Shown here piece after piece: positions 15,634-23,658 of a stretch of DNA of 32,000 nt. Origin of the DNA: Arthrobacter sp. Bi83 (lineage in GTDB: Bacteria; Actinomycetota; Actinomycetes; Actinomycetales; Micrococcaceae); contig NZ_CAKKLY010000020.1 of assembly GCF_918698095.1 (NCBI RefSeq), positions 1-32,000 of the forward strand, in the 5' to 3' direction. Numbering within the stretch: position 1 is the stretch's first letter; every line of letters starts with the position of its first letter. A program made the translations under genes and the position numbers. The notes below the pieces were generated by a model. The model searched no databases and had not been told where the DNA came from. It saw only the letters and a program-made list of their open reading frames with translations.

Positions 15634-16518
15634 TCAATGTGCGTCTGTCAGAGATTCAGTCAAGGGGTCTGACCGGGATGTCGAACCGTCCAACCAGCCG
15701 TACCAGGCAGCCAGGCCTTCGCCGGTGGCGGCCGAGACGGTCAGGAATTCGGCCCGCGGGTTGACCTGCCGGATGCGGCGCAGGCACTCGTCGACGTCGA
15801 AATCGACATAGGGGAGCAGGTCCGACTTGTTGACGATCACGAGGTCGGCTGCCATGAACATGTGCGGGTATTTCTGCGGTTTGTCATCACCTTCCGTTAC
15901 CGAAACGACCACGACCTTGGCAGTTTCGCCAAGGTCGAAAAGAGCTGGGCAAACGAGGTTGCCCACGTTTTCAATAAAGACTGTGGAGCCGGTTTCCGGG
16001 TCCAGGGCGTCCAGTCCGCGCCGGAGCATGTCGGCATCGAGATGGCAGCCGGCCCCGGTGTTGATCTGGATGACCGGACGGCCCACTGCGCGGATCCGGT
16101 CAGCATCCAGGGACGTTTCCTGGTCCCCTTCAATGACGCCGGCCTGCAAGTGCTCGCCCAGGTCCGTGAGCGTGCGGACCAGGAGCGTTGTCTTGCCGGC
16201 GCCGGGCGAACTCATGACGTTGAAGGCCCGGATTCCGCGGCCGGCAAGCCAGCCGCGATTCCTTGCCGCCAGCAGGTCATTCTTGGCCAGCAGGTTCTGT
16301 TCGAGTGAGATGGTCTCAGGGTGGCAGAGGGCATGCTGATGGCCGGGGTGTTCGTGCTCGTGGCCATGCTCATGCTCGTGCTCGTGCTCGTGCTCGCGTT
16401 CGTGCTCGTGGCTGTGCCCGTGCTGATGCGGATGCTCATGCCCGTGGGTGTGGTGGGGTTCCTCGAGGGTTGAGACCCTGGTGTTCGCCTCATCGCCGCA
16501 GCCGCATGTTGTACACAT
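15634..16518 (-). CDS. hypB: Hydrogenase nickel-incorporation GTPase HypB with His-rich tract
   Basis: N-terminal MCTTCGCG (CxxCGC high-affinity Ni site) and a roughly 45-aa His/Glu-rich tract. P-loop SSPGAGKTTLL; also ENVGNLVCP and the NKSD G4 motif. Confidence 0.95.
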   Translation of the reverse strand: MCTTCGCGDEANTRVSTLEEPHHTHGHEHPHQHGHSHEHEREHEHEHEHEHGHEHEHPGHQHALCHPETISLEQNLLAKNDLLAARNRGWLAGRGIRAFNVMSSPGAGKTTLLVRTLTDLGEHLQAGVIEGDQETSLDADRIRAVGRPVIQINTGAGCHLDADMLRRGLDALDPETGSTVFIENVGNLVCPALFDLGETAKVVVVSVTEGDDKPQKYPHMFMAADLVIVNKSDLLPYVDFDVDECLRRIRQVNPRAEFLTVSAATGEGLAAWYGWLDGSTSRSDPLTESLTDAH

Positions 16519-16521
16519 CTA

Positions 16522-16851
16522 TTACGCCACCTCCACAGACAGCACCATGAGTTCGCGGCCACTGAGAACTTCGACGTCCGCACTTCCGCAGGGGCAAAGC
16601 AGGATCAGGTCGGCAAGTTCGAATTTTTGGGCGCAGGTCCGGCAGCGGGCCAGGCCCTGAGGTTCATCGATCTGGAGCCGGGCGCCGGCCAGGGGCGTGC
16701 CGGCGGAAACAATGTCAAAGCAGAACCGCATGGCGTCCGGAAGCACGCCGGACAAAGGTCCAATTCGAAGGTTGACGCCGGTTACTGTCCGTTCCCCGGT
16801 GCGGTCCAGAACGGTGTCAACAAGGCTCTGCGTGATAGAGAGTTCGTGCAT
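16522..16851 (-). CDS. hypA: Hydrogenase nickel-insertion protein HypA
   Basis: 109 aa from ATG 16851 (MHELSITQSLV...), preceded by GGAAGGAG. Zinc motif CRTC...CPCGS. The ORF-track start at 16962 adds an unlikely 37-aa extension. Confidence 0.9.
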   Translation of the reverse strand: MHELSITQSLVDTVLDRTGERTVTGVNLRIGPLSGVLPDAMRFCFDIVSAGTPLAGARLQIDEPQGLARCRTCAQKFELADLILLCPCGSADVEVLSGRELMVLSVEVA

Positions 16852-16967
16852 GGCGGCACTCCTTCCTGCCAAGATAGGCTCGCCGCGGATAAAGCGCAAC
16901 CATCCAAAATGACTCCGGCGTATACTTCCGCTACATAGCGAAGTCATCCCAGCAGTCTGCATCGCAT

Positions 16968-18119
16968 GTGGAACCCGAGGCTCGAACCATGAAGCAAACG
17001 GTGGCTGCGCGCTCGGCCCGCAGACGCGGCGGCCGCCGCGACCTGACGGGCCGGGAGTGGGCGTCGATCGGCGGCATGACGGCGTTCGTCGTGCTGCTGC
17101 ACATCCTGGGCTGGGGCGTGCTGGCGGGTGTGGCGGCGCCGGAAAACGTCCAGTCTGGATCCGCCGGGGCGTTCGGCATTGGCCTCGGAGTTGCGGCCTA
17201 CACCCTCGGCCTGCGCCACGCTTTCGACGCTGACCACATTGCGGCGATCGACAACATCACCCGCAAGCTCTGCGGCGAGGGCAGGCGCAGGATGTCTGTC
17301 GGATTCTGGTTTTCCCTAGGGCACTCGAGCGTGGTGTTCGGCATGTGCGCCCTGCTCGCGGCGGGCATCCGCAGCCTGACGGACCGGAGCGCGGCCGAAG
17401 CCACCGAAATCCACTCGGCACTTGGACTGATCGGCACCACCGTCTCGGGCCTGTTCCTTTATTGCATTGGCATCCTGAACCTCGGTGTCCTGCTGGGCAT
17501 CCTTAAGTCCGTCCGGCGCATGCGCCACGGCGAAGACGGTGAAACCGAAGCGCAGGAGGTGTCCGGCGGCGGCCTGTTAATCCGGGTATTTGGCCGGGCG
17601 ACACGGTTGATTACGCGCTCCTGGCAGGTGTACGGAGTGGGGCTGCTGTTCGGGTTGGGGTTCGACACCGCCACAGAGGTCAGCCTCCTGATTCTCGCCG
17701 GCGGAGCGGCGGCCTCCACCCTTCCCTGGTATGCGATTCTGACGCTGCCCGTGCTGTTTGCCGCCGGCATGAGCCTGCTGGACTCCATCGACGGCTGCTT
17801 CATGAACTTCGCCTATGGCTGGGCGCTGTCCAGGCCCGTCCGCAGGATCTATTACAACATCGTCATCACGGGACTTTCCGTCGCCGTCGCACTGGGCATC
17901 GGCTCCATCGAACTCATTTCCATCTTCGTGGAAAAGGCCGGGATAAGTTCGGGGCCGCTGGCTGCCATCGGCGGGCTCGACCTCAACTCGGTGGGATACA
18001 CGGTCGTCGCTTTGTTCGTCTCGACCTGGATCCTTGCGCTGGGAGTCTGGCGCTTCGGCCACATCGAGGAGCGGTGGGCGAGTCCCGTCAGGAACGGTGA
18101 CGCCGGCCAACGCAGCTAG
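16968..18119 (+). CDS. hoxN: NiCoT-family nickel/cobalt permease (HoxN/HupN/NixA)
   Basis: Signature LRHAFDADHIAAIDN and second motif LGFDTATEV in a polytopic membrane protein. Transcribed divergently from hypA. Start is GTG 16968 or ATG 16989. Confidence 0.9.
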   Translation: MEPEARTMKQTVAARSARRRGGRRDLTGREWASIGGMTAFVVLLHILGWGVLAGVAAPENVQSGSAGAFGIGLGVAAYTLGLRHAFDADHIAAIDNITRKLCGEGRRRMSVGFWFSLGHSSVVFGMCALLAAGIRSLTDRSAAEATEIHSALGLIGTTVSGLFLYCIGILNLGVLLGILKSVRRMRHGEDGETEAQEVSGGGLLIRVFGRATRLITRSWQVYGVGLLFGLGFDTATEVSLLILAGGAAASTLPWYAILTLPVLFAAGMSLLDSIDGCFMNFAYGWALSRPVRRIYYNIVITGLSVAVALGIGSIELISIFVEKAGISSGPLAAIGGLDLNSVGYTVVALFVSTWILALGVWRFGHIEERWASPVRNGDAGQRS

Positions 18120-18195
18120 CGGGCGGCGGCGCCAGCCCCCGGCAGGTGTCCACGGGAGTTACCTGCCAGTTCGCGCTGACGCTAGGGTGGATCCC

Positions 18196-18501
18196 ATGCC
18201 GTCGTTCCAGACCAGACTCAAGATCACCGGGCTGAAGCCGGGCAACCCTCCCGAGGCCGTCATGGCCGCCGCTGTGGAGGCCCTGGGCACCCGCCATCAC
18301 GTGGAATCGAATCAGCTTGACCTCGCGGGCGGCGTGCCGCAACTGAACCTTCGCTTCCTCGTGGAGGCCACCGAATACAGCGGTGAGAACAGCCAGGCGC
18401 TGGAATCGGCAGCAATGATGCGCGACGCCGTCGAACGCGTTGCGGTGACTGGCTCGCTTTCGGTGCTCCGCCGCAGCCGCGGCCGGTGGGCGCCCGTCTG
18501 A
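18196..18501 (+). CDS. Small hypothetical protein (101 aa)
   Basis: ATG 18196 is preceded by AGGGTGG. High GC3 throughout (MPSFQTRLKITGLKPGNPPEAV...). No Cys and no motif I recognise. Immediately downstream of the nickel permease. Confidence 0.6.
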   Translation: MPSFQTRLKITGLKPGNPPEAVMAAAVEALGTRHHVESNQLDLAGGVPQLNLRFLVEATEYSGENSQALESAAMMRDAVERVAVTGSLSVLRRSRGRWAPV

Positions 18502-18520
18502 CCGTAGCGGCCCCTGCCGT

Positions 18521-19150
18521 TTAGGGGGCAGGCTCTGCCGGACCGCCCGGTTCGTCCACCGGGGACCGGCTGCCGCGGCGCCGGGTGGCGATAATCCCGA
18601 CGACGGCGCCGATCACCAGGCCTGCGGCCACCCCGATGAGCGAACTTGCCCAGAAGGGAAGCCCAGTGGTGGAACCGGTGAAGTAGCCGAGTCCCACGAG
18701 CCAGGTGGCCCAGAGCACCGCGCCCAGCCCGGCGCAGAGGCTGAAGCCGCGCGTCGAGACGTCTGCGATCCCGGCGGCAGCGGACGTCGCGAGCCGTCCG
18801 CCGGGAATGAACCGGGCACCGATGATGGTGCCGTACGTCGAGGATCGGCCCGCTTTGGCAATGGCTTCGTGGATGCCGTGGTGTATTTTCCGGCCCCACC
18901 GCCAGTGGTCCAGGACATGGCTCAGCCGGCGTTTGAAGAGCTGGAACACCACCACGTCGCCCACCCAGGAGGCTGCAGCAGCCAGCAGGCCGATCACGAA
19001 CAGGTTGGCGCGGCCCTCGGCGGAGAGTGCGCCGCCGGTGATCAGGACCATCTCGGACGGGATTGGCGGGAAGATGGCGTCGCCGAGTACCGCCGGAATG
19101 ATCCAGAAGTAGATCGCGGCTCCCCAGGTGTCCGCGTTGCCGAAGTCCAT
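18521..19150 (-). CDS. DedA/VTT-family membrane protein
   Basis: Contains FPPIPSEMVLITGGAL and GARFIPGGR, typical of DedA proteins, plus several hydrophobic helices. Start is ATG 19150 or GTG 19168. Confidence 0.8.
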   Translation of the reverse strand: MDFGNADTWGAAIYFWIIPAVLGDAIFPPIPSEMVLITGGALSAEGRANLFVIGLLAAAASWVGDVVVFQLFKRRLSHVLDHWRWGRKIHHGIHEAIAKAGRSSTYGTIIGARFIPGGRLATSAAAGIADVSTRGFSLCAGLGAVLWATWLVGLGYFTGSTTGLPFWASSLIGVAAGLVIGAVVGIIATRRRGSRSPVDEPGGPAEPAP

Positions 19151-19189
19151 TGGCACAAGGTACCGCACTTGCGCGTCAGGACTTGCGCG

Positions 19190-20305
19190 TCAGGCCCACG
19201 GAGTGACGAGGATGCGCTTGAAAAGAGCGTTGTAGTTGTAGCCGGACGTGCCGTTGGTCATGATCACCGCGCCGAGGTTCCGGCCGGGGTAGAGGCGCAT
19301 GACATTCCAGAACCCGATGCCCGTGCCGAAGTGTTCGACGTAGTTCGCACCGCTGCCGGTTGCGGGTTTCCGGAACCAGCCCTGGCCGTGCCGGAAACGG
19401 TTGCCCTGGACGGTGAGCCTGCGCATCGTTTGTGCGGTGGCCTCCCGGAGAATCCGGTGCTGACCGTGCATGCCGTCGTTGAGGTGAAGCTGGACGAACG
19501 CGGCGGCATCGGTCACAGGTCCCACCAGGCCCCCATAGCCGGCGCCGTCCACCAGGAAGGGATTCAGCGCGGTCTGGGAACCCTGCCGCGGCCCGGCAAT
19601 GCCTTCCGGAAGGACCGCGGAAAGAAGCGGGGTGGCGGTCCGCGGAACCCTCACGTAGCCCGTGGCCGCGGGCCGCCCGGGTGCATAGGCAAACCCGGTG
19701 GCGGCCATTCCCAGCGGGTCCAGGACTGACCGCCGGACGTAGCTGTCAAAGGGCTCACCGGTGACCCGCCGGATGATTTCCGCCACCACCAGATACCCGA
19801 CGTTCGAATATCTGCCGGCCTTGCCCACGGGATACCTGAACGGTCGACGCATCCCCAGGATTCTCCGGAGCATTTCCCCTTGGTCCGGGCCGGGCTCCCC
19901 GGCCCGATGGATCCATTTGAGCGGCAGCGGGTTGCCCAAGCCCGACGAATGCGTGAGGAGGTGCTGAACCGTGGGCTGCCGGTCACCCGGTGCCCGGACA
20001 AGGTCGACGTACTCGCTGACGGGAGCGTCGAGGTCCAGCCGCCCCTCGTCTGCGAGCTTCAACGCTGCGGTTGCGGTCACCGGCTTGGTCATGGAAAACC
20101 AGAGATACGCGGTATCGGCCGTAGCCGGCGTGCCGCGGCCAAGATCGGCGAATCCGAGTGCGTCCGTATGCACCAGGCCGCTCCGGGAGACTACCGCGAG
20201 CGACATCCCGGGAACGTGCGCACGGGTCATGAGCTCCCGCATCTCCGCCCGGATGGCGTCCCGGCGGTCATCCCCGGTGGATTCAGGCGCGGCTGGATCG
20301 GGCAT
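19190..20305 (-). CDS. Serine hydrolase, beta-lactamase/transpeptidase-like (class C/esterase family)
   Basis: SxxK motif (FSMTKPVTA) and YxN motif (RYSNVGY). ATG 20305 (MPDPAAPEST...) is preferred over the ORF-track start at 20368. Confidence 0.85.
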   Translation of the reverse strand: MPDPAAPESTGDDRRDAIRAEMRELMTRAHVPGMSLAVVSRSGLVHTDALGFADLGRGTPATADTAYLWFSMTKPVTATAALKLADEGRLDLDAPVSEYVDLVRAPGDRQPTVQHLLTHSSGLGNPLPLKWIHRAGEPGPDQGEMLRRILGMRRPFRYPVGKAGRYSNVGYLVVAEIIRRVTGEPFDSYVRRSVLDPLGMAATGFAYAPGRPAATGYVRVPRTATPLLSAVLPEGIAGPRQGSQTALNPFLVDGAGYGGLVGPVTDAAAFVQLHLNDGMHGQHRILREATAQTMRRLTVQGNRFRHGQGWFRKPATGSGANYVEHFGTGIGFWNVMRLYPGRNLGAVIMTNGTSGYNYNALFKRILVTPWA

Positions 20306-20494
20306 CGTCAAGGCTCCGTTGTTGCAGGGTCCCGCATTCAGTAGAAGGGCCGGACTCCGGCACGTCAAGCCCTGCCGGTGTCCATGGCCGCGCCCGCTTC
20401 ACGACCTTGGCGCGCGGCTCTTCGCCACTGCCCTTCGCCACTGCCCTTCGCCACCGCTCTTCGCCACTGCCCGCTGCAGTGTCACACTGGCTGC

Positions 20495-21052
20495 ATGCGG
20501 ATTGACATTGTTCAGGGCGACATCACCGCGCGGCAAGTGGAAGCCATTGTGAACGCGGCCAATTCCTCGCTTCTGGGCGGCGGCGGTGTGGACGGCGCGA
20601 TTCACCGTGCAGCCGGGCCGGAACTGCTGGAGGCCTGCCGCCTGCTGCGGGCTGCGGAGCTGCAGCACGGACTGGCGGTCGGTGCGGCCGTGGCCACTCC
20701 CGGATTCCGGCTGCAGGCCCGGTGGGTCATCCACACCGTTGGCCCGAACCGCCATGCCGGGCAGACCAATCCGGCGCTGCTTGCCTCCTGCTTTACCGAA
20801 AGCCTGCGGATTGCGGAGGAGCTCGGCGTCCGGTCCCTGGCGTTTCCTGCCGTCGGTGCAGGCGTTTACGGCTGGGATGCCCGCAAGGTTGCGCAGGTGG
20901 GATTCGAGGCGGTCCGCGCCTACACCAGCCGCCCAGTCGAAGCCGGGGTGCCGAGGGTGGAGCTCGTGGAATTCGTGCTCTTCGGCGATGAGACGGCGGA
21001 AATTTTCCGGGCAGCTCTCGACGAGAGCAGTGGCGGCTCCGGCCCGGCGTAA
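20495..21052 (+). CDS. Macro-domain protein (O-acetyl-ADP-ribose deacetylase / YmdB-MacroD-like)
   Basis: 185 aa from ATG 20495: MRIDIVQGDITARQVEAIVNAANSSLLGGGGVDGAIHRAAG is a canonical macro-domain N-terminus. The ORF-track start at 20378 lies within a 13-bp repeat region. Confidence 0.88.
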   Translation: MRIDIVQGDITARQVEAIVNAANSSLLGGGGVDGAIHRAAGPELLEACRLLRAAELQHGLAVGAAVATPGFRLQARWVIHTVGPNRHAGQTNPALLASCFTESLRIAEELGVRSLAFPAVGAGVYGWDARKVAQVGFEAVRAYTSRPVEAGVPRVELVEFVLFGDETAEIFRAALDESSGGSGPA

Positions 21053-21100
21053 CGCCAACCGGGGCCAGCACACCAGGCCGGACGGTTACGGGCCGGACGG

Positions 21101-22105
21101 TTAACGGGCTTCGCTCAGCTCGAGCCTGCTGCGGTACTCCACGGGCTTCCCGGTGATCGGGTCAACGAAGCGGATGCCCCGGGCGAGGAGCTGGAGGGGC
21201 TTCGTGTAGTCGTCGGGGGCTTTGTCCAGCAGCTCCGGATAAAACGCATCGTGCAGGATGCCCAGGCCCAGCGAGGCCATATGCACCCGCAGCTGGTGCG
21301 TCTTGCCCGAGTGCGGCTCCAGCCGATAAAGTCCGCGGCGCCGTGCGGGGTTGTGGTGGGCAGCTGTGCCGCCGTGCCTGCCGGCGGCGGGGGAGGCAGC
21401 GGCGGGATGACCGCCGTCGGGAGTTCCGGCGTCGAACGTCCTCAGCAGGTCAATCCGGGTCTCGGCGTTGGGTTCGCCGTCGATGACCTCGGCGAGCAGG
21501 TAGCTGCGGGACTTGGTCATCCGGTTCCGGACAACGGCCGGGAACTCGACGGCGGCGTGCCCTGCCGACGGCTTCGCGGCGGCCACGCACTCGTACTCCT
21601 TCTGCACCTGGCGCTTTTCGAAGAGAACCTGATACCTGCCGCGGGTCTCCGGGTTGGTCGAGAGGAGCAGGATGCCGGCTGTCATGCGGTCCAGCCGGTG
21701 CATGGGGATCAGGTCCGGAAGGTTCAGCTGGTTCCGCAGCCGCACCAGCGCCGACTCCTGGATGTAGGTGCCGCCGGGCGTGGTGGGCAGGAAGTGCGGC
21801 TTGTCCACCACCAGGAGATGTTCATTCTGGTGGAGGATGCTCAGCTCGACTGGCAAGCGTGTTTCCGTCGGAAGCGTGCGGTAGTACCAGATGAAAGTGT
21901 GGTCCTCTAGCCTGGTGCGCCGGTCCAGGGGGACGCCGCCTTCGCCCACGATCTCGCCGGCCGCGAACCTGTCCTCGATGCCCTGCGGATCGATGTGCCC
22001 CCAGCGGTGCATCATGTAGTCCATCGCGGTGGTCCACGGCCCTTCGTCCGGCAGGCGGAGGCGGGTCGCGTTCACGCCGTCGCGCACGGGAAGGGGGGAT
22101 TGCAT
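21101..22105 (-). CDS. RluA-family pseudouridine synthase
   Basis: Catalytic motif HRLDRMTAGILLLS and a conserved C-terminal HQLRVHMASLG. Start is ATG 22105, with an adjacent GTG at 22108. Confidence 0.88.
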   Translation of the reverse strand: MQSPLPVRDGVNATRLRLPDEGPWTTAMDYMMHRWGHIDPQGIEDRFAAGEIVGEGGVPLDRRTRLEDHTFIWYYRTLPTETRLPVELSILHQNEHLLVVDKPHFLPTTPGGTYIQESALVRLRNQLNLPDLIPMHRLDRMTAGILLLSTNPETRGRYQVLFEKRQVQKEYECVAAAKPSAGHAAVEFPAVVRNRMTKSRSYLLAEVIDGEPNAETRIDLLRTFDAGTPDGGHPAAASPAAGRHGGTAAHHNPARRRGLYRLEPHSGKTHQLRVHMASLGLGILHDAFYPELLDKAPDDYTKPLQLLARGIRFVDPITGKPVEYRSRLELSEAR

Positions 22106-22213
22106 CACCGGTCCATTCTACGTGCCGTGCCCTGGGCGCCGTTTCGACGGTTCCTGCACTGCTGGATGTTGCGCACATCGAGTAACCGCGAGCTACCGAC
22201 GAGAAAAAAGTTC

Positions 22214-22243
22214 TTGACAAATAAAGTTGTCGGTGGGCAGACT
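22214..22243 (+). promoter_or_regulatory. Candidate promoter/operator of the ArsR-SRPBCC operon
   Basis: TTGACA at 22214-22219 and a CAGACT -10-like hexamer at 22238-22243 (18-nt spacer). A short inverted repeat, GACAA-N6-TTGTC, overlaps the -35 element. Confidence 0.3.
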
Positions 22244-22249
22244 GGAGGC

Positions 22250-22945
22250 ATGTTGGATATCGAAGTGATTGAGGATCCCTCAGCGGCCGAGGCTTCGCTG
22301 GATCCCATCCGCACGCGCATCCTCTGTGAGCTCGCAGAGCCGGGGTCCGCCACGCAGCTTGCAGGCAAGGTGGGGCTGCCGCGGCAGAAGGTGAACTACC
22401 ACCTCAAGGCTCTCGAGCGGCACGGCCTGGTGGAGCTCGTGGAGGAGCGCCGCAAGGGCAATGTCACCGAGCGGGTGCTGCAGGCCACGGCCGCATCGTA
22501 CCTGATCTCACCGGCGGCGCTGGCCTCCGTGGCGCCGGACCCGCACAGGTTCTCGGACCGCTTCTCGGCCTTTTGGCTGCTGGCGCTCGCCGGCCGCATG
22601 GTCCAGGAAGTCGGCAAGCTTATCGCCGGTGCTGCCGCGGCCAGGCAAAAGCTCGCCACGTTCGCGATCGACGGCGAGATCACGTTCCGTTCCGCCGCGG
22701 AGCGTGCGGCCTTCGCCGAAGAGCTCGGTGTCGCTGTCACACGGCTCGTGGACAAGTATCACGACGGCGGTGCTGCCGCCGGCGCACGCAGTGCGGCCTC
22801 GGGCGGGGGCGGACGAAAGCACCGGCTCGTCGTCGCGCTCCATCCGACGCTCAAGCCGGCCGAACCAACATTGGCGGAGCCCAGCCCGGCCACCACCACA
22901 GGCATAACCGCAACATCACCAGCTAAGGAGCAGGACAATGACTGA
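22250..22945 (+). CDS. ArsR-family winged-helix transcriptional regulator
   Basis: ATG 22250 is preceded by GGAGG. wHTH region SATQLAGKVGLPRQKVNYHLKALERHGLV. The stop overlaps the downstream start by 8 nt. Confidence 0.85.
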   Translation: MLDIEVIEDPSAAEASLDPIRTRILCELAEPGSATQLAGKVGLPRQKVNYHLKALERHGLVELVEERRKGNVTERVLQATAASYLISPAALASVAPDPHRFSDRFSAFWLLALAGRMVQEVGKLIAGAAAARQKLATFAIDGEITFRSAAERAAFAEELGVAVTRLVDKYHDGGAAAGARSAASGGGGRKHRLVVALHPTLKPAEPTLAEPSPATTTGITATSPAKEQDND

Positions 22946-23630
22946 CGACCGCGAATTCGAGATTGTTTTCGACACCGAACTGCCTGGCACTCCGGAGCGT
23001 GTCTGGGAGGCCGTCACCAAGGACACCCCGGCGTGGATGTTCCCCACGGACCAGTGGCCCGCTGTCCGCACGGTCGACGAATACCCCGGCCACCTCGTGA
23101 CGCGCATGGTCGGGCCGGACGGCTGGTTCAACCAGCTGGAGCACGTGCTGGAACCGCTCGACGGCGGTCGCACCAAACTCCACTATGTCCACAGCGGCAT
23201 CTTCGTGGACAACTGGGATGAACAGTATGACGGCGCCAGCAAGCACACCGAGTTCTACCTGCACACCCTGGGGCAGTACCTCAGGCACTTCGACGGCAGG
23301 CCGGTGGTGTTTACGGACGTGCAGGCGCCCGCGTCCTCGCAGACGCCGGACGGCTTTATGCAGCTGAAGAAAGCGCTCCGTGTGGAAGGCTCGTCCGCGG
23401 GCGATGCGGTGGAGACAGAGCTCGACGGCGTGGGGCGGTTGTCGGGGGAAGTGGACTTCTCCAATGAGCACTTCCTCGGCCTGCGTACCGGGAACGCCCT
23501 GTACCGGTTCTTCGGCCGCAACTCCTTCGGCGCGCCGGTTGGCATGACTGTGCACGACTTCAGCGGCAGCGGCGATTCCGAGGCCACGGCCGCAGCCTGG
23601 GGCGGCTTCCTGGCCAGGGTCTACGCCTAG
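22938..23630 (+). CDS. SRPBCC/AHSA1-domain protein
   Basis: 230 aa. AAGGAG lies 7 nt upstream. The N-terminus (FEIVFDTELPGTPERVWEAVTKDTPAWM) is typical of Aha1-like SRPBCC proteins, which commonly pair with ArsR regulators. Confidence 0.75.
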   Translation: MTDDREFEIVFDTELPGTPERVWEAVTKDTPAWMFPTDQWPAVRTVDEYPGHLVTRMVGPDGWFNQLEHVLEPLDGGRTKLHYVHSGIFVDNWDEQYDGASKHTEFYLHTLGQYLRHFDGRPVVFTDVQAPASSQTPDGFMQLKKALRVEGSSAGDAVETELDGVGRLSGEVDFSNEHFLGLRTGNALYRFFGRNSFGAPVGMTVHDFSGSGDSEATAAAWGGFLARVYA

Positions 23631-23658
23631 CAGCCTCAGGACCCGAAAACGGTCTGGG

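Noticed and set aside
14546-15637. Periplasmic (Tat-exported) uptake hydrogenase of groups 1a-1e
   Set aside because: The small subunit N-terminus has no twin-arginine signal, no cytochrome b gene is present, and the large-subunit motifs match the group 1h pattern instead.
18502-18545. Possible hairpin terminator (CCTGCC...GGCAGG / GCCCC...GGGGC) after the 101-aa gene
   Set aside because: The stems are only 5-6 bp with competing registers. The element overlaps the DedA coding end and has no T-run, so it is too weak to call.
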